A DNA stretch of 64,000 bases from Bugula neritina (lineage: Eukaryota > Animalia > Bryozoa). Position numbers and translations under genes: made by a program. Under the pieces are notes generated by a model that ran no database searches, was not told the origin of the DNA, and worked only from the letters and a program-made list of their open reading frames with translations. Positions 61,171-64,000 of this stretch are shown here, piece by piece; positions within the stretch are counted from its first letter, which is position 1; each line of letters opens with the position of its first letter. The stretch is taken from NCBI GenBank assembly GCA_964035545.1, contig OZ037773.1, positions 10,755,751 to 10,819,750 of the forward strand, read 5' to 3'.

Positions 61171-64000
61171 GTAAGTGTTGTATAGTAATAGTACTGTATA
61201 GTAATAGTACTGTATAGTAATAGTACTGTATAGTAATAGTAAGTACTGTATAGTAATAGTAAGTATTGTATAGTAATAGTAAGTACTGTATAGTAATAGT
61301 ACTGTATAGTAATAGTAAGTACTGTATAGTAATAGTAAGTATCATATAGTAATAGTAAGTACTGTATAGTAATAGTAAGTACTGTATAGTAATAGTAAGT
61401 ATCATATAGTAATAGTAAGCACTGTATAGTAATAGTAAGTACTGTATAGTAATAGTAAGTACTGTATAGTAATAGTAAGTATCATATAGTAATAGTAAGC
61501 ACTGTATAGTAATAGTAAGTACTGTATAGTAATAGTAAGTACTGTATAGTAATAGTAAGTACTGTATAGTAATAGTACTGTATAGTAATAGTAAGTACTG
61601 TATAGTAATAGTAAGTACTGTATAGTAATAGTAAGTACTGTATAGTAATAGTAAGTACTGCATAGTAATAGTAAGTACTGTATAGTAATAGTAAGTACTG
61701 TATAGTAATAGTAAGTACTGTATAGTAATAGTAAGTACTGTATAGTAATAGTAAGTACTGTATAGTAATAGTACTGTATAGTAATAGTAAGTACTGTATA
61801 GTAATAGTAAGTACTGTATAGTAATAGTAAGTACTGTATAGTAATAGTAAGTACTGCATAGTAATAGTAAGTACTGTATAGTAATAGTAAGTACTGTATA
61901 GTAATAGTAAGTACTGTATAGTAATAGTAAGTATTGTATAGTATTAGTAAGTATCGTATAGTAATAGTAAGTACTGTATAGTAATAGTAAGTATCATATA
62001 GTAATAGTAAGCACTGTATAGTAATAGTACTGTATAGTAATAGTAAGTACTGTATAGTAATAGTAAGTACTGTATAGTAATAGTAAGTACTGTATAGTAA
62101 TAGTAAGTACTGTATAGTAATAGTAAGTACTGTATAGTAATAGTAAGTACTGTATAGTAATAGTAAGTACTGTATAGTAATAGTAAGTACTGTATAGTAA
62201 TAGTAAGTACTGTATAGTAATAGTAAGCACTGTATAGTAATAGTAAGTACTGTATAGTAATAGTAAGTACTGTATAGTAATAGTAAGTACTGTATAGTAA
62301 GTACTGTATAGTAATAGTAAGTATTGTATAGTAATAGTAAGTACTGTATAGTAATAGTAAGTACTGTATAGTAATAGTAAGTATTGTATAGTAATAGTAA
62401 GTACTGTATAGTAATAGTAAGTATTGTATAGTAATAGTAAGTACTGTATAGTAATAGTAAGTATTGTATAGTAATAGTAAGTACTGTATAGTAATAGTAA
62501 GTACTGTATAGTAATAGTAAGTATCATATAGTAATAGTAAGCACTGTATAGTAATAGTAAGTACTGTATAGTAATAGTAAGTACTGTATAGTAATAGTAA
62601 ATACTGTGTAGTAATAGTAAGTACTGTATAGTAATAGTAAGTACTGTATAGTAATAGTAAGTACTGTATAGTAATAGCAAGTACTGTATAGTAGTAATAG
62701 TACTGTATAGTAATAGTAAGTACTGTATAGTAATAGTAAGTATTGTATAATAACAGTAAGTACTGTATAGTAATAGTAAGCACTGTATAGTAATAGTAAG
62801 TACTGTATAGTAATAGTAAGTACTGTATAGTAATAGTAAGTATTGTATAATAATAGTAAGTACTGTATAGTAATAGTAAGTACTGTATAGTAATAGTACT
62901 GTATAGTAATAGTAAGTACTGTATAGTAATAGTAAGTACTGTATAGTAATAGTAAGTACTGTATAGTAATAGTAAGTATTGTATAGTAATAGTAAGTACT
63001 GTATAGTAATAGTAAGTACTGTATAGTAATAGTACTGTATAGTAAGTATTGTATAGTAATAGTAAGTATTGTATAATAACAGTAAGTACTGTATAGTAAT
63101 AGTAAGCACTGTATAGTAATAGTAAGTACTGTATAGTAATAGTAAGTACTGTATAGTAATAGTAAGTATTGTATAATAATAGTAAGTACTGTATAGTAAT
63201 AGTAAGCACTGTATAGTAATAGTAAGCACTGTATAGTAATAGTAAGTGCTGTATAGTAATAGTAAGCACTGTATAGTAATAGTAAGCACTGTATAGTAAT
63301 AGTAAGTGCTGTATAGTAATAGTAAGTACTGTATAGTAATAGTAAGTAGTGTATAGTAATAGTAAGTATTGTATAATAATAGTAAGTACTGTATAGTAAT
63401 AGTAAGTACTGTATAGTAATAGTACTGTATAGTAATAGTAAGTACTGTATAGTAATAGTAAGTACTGTATAGTAATAGTAAGTACTGTATAGTAATAGTA
63501 AGTATTGTATAGTAATAGTAAGTACTGTATAGTAATAGTAAGTACTGTATAGTAATAGTACTGTATAGTAAGTATTGTATAGTAATAGTAAGTATTGTAT
63601 AATAACAGTAAGTACTGTATAGTAATAGTAAGCACTGTATAGTAATAGTAAGTACTGTATAGTAATAGTAAGTACTGTATAGTAATAGTAAGTATTGTAT
63701 AATAATAGTAAGTACTGTATAGTAATAGTAAGCACTGTATAGTAATAGTAAGCACTGTATAGTAATAGTAAGTGCTGTATAGTAATAGTAAGCACTGTAT
63801 AGTAATAGTAAGCACTGTATAGTAATAGTAAGTGCTGTATAGTAATAGTAAGTACTGTATAGTAATAGTAAGTAGTGTATAGTAATAGTAAGTATTGTAT
63901 AGTAATAGTAAGTACTGTATAGTAATAGTAAGCACTGTATAGTAATAGTAAGCACTGTATAGTAATAGTAAGTGCTGTATAGTAATAGTAAGCACTGTAT
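61165..64000 (+). repeat. 20-bp array (TAGTAATAGTAAGTACTGTA), >2.8 kb, starting at the ENaC exon 8 donor and running off the window
   Basis: About 140 units; the first unit is the junction TAATA|GTAAGT. Confidence 0.96.

Noticed and set aside
61076-63995. Minus-strand ORFs of 125-683 aa (YYYYTVLTITIQYLLLLYST)
   Set aside because: Translation of the 20-bp satellite; the same peptide appears at 40.1-41.4 kb.

Overview
AT-rich animal (invertebrate-type) nuclear DNA with spliceosomal GT-AG introns; not prokaryotic. By hand-splicing I recover six complete genes with open frames: MCCC2 (+, 14 exons), a YeeE/YedE (TsuA-like) sulfur-compound transporter (+, 7 exons), RAB4 (+, 7 exons), SCCPDH (-, 10 exons), VPS39 (+, 18 exons) and an unknown coiled-coil protein (-, 3 exons). 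There is also a 3'-truncated DEG/ENaC channel gene and a 5'-truncated intronless DDE-transposase-like ORF. The dominant feature is that most internal introns and several 3' UTRs hold their own 11-55 bp tandem array, including a ~13 kb, ~500-copy array in RAB4 intron 2. Many units include the adjacent splice junction or stop codon. In VPS39 and the ENaC gene, an intron is a concatemer of GT...AG mini-intron units joined by CAG|GT, which resembles a recursive-splicing ladder. Also present are a Harbinger-like MITE, a perfect 200-bp palindrome and a degraded RT fragment. All long Tyr/Ile/Thr-rich ORFs in the track are satellite read-through. Coordinates were read by eye and no database searches were run.
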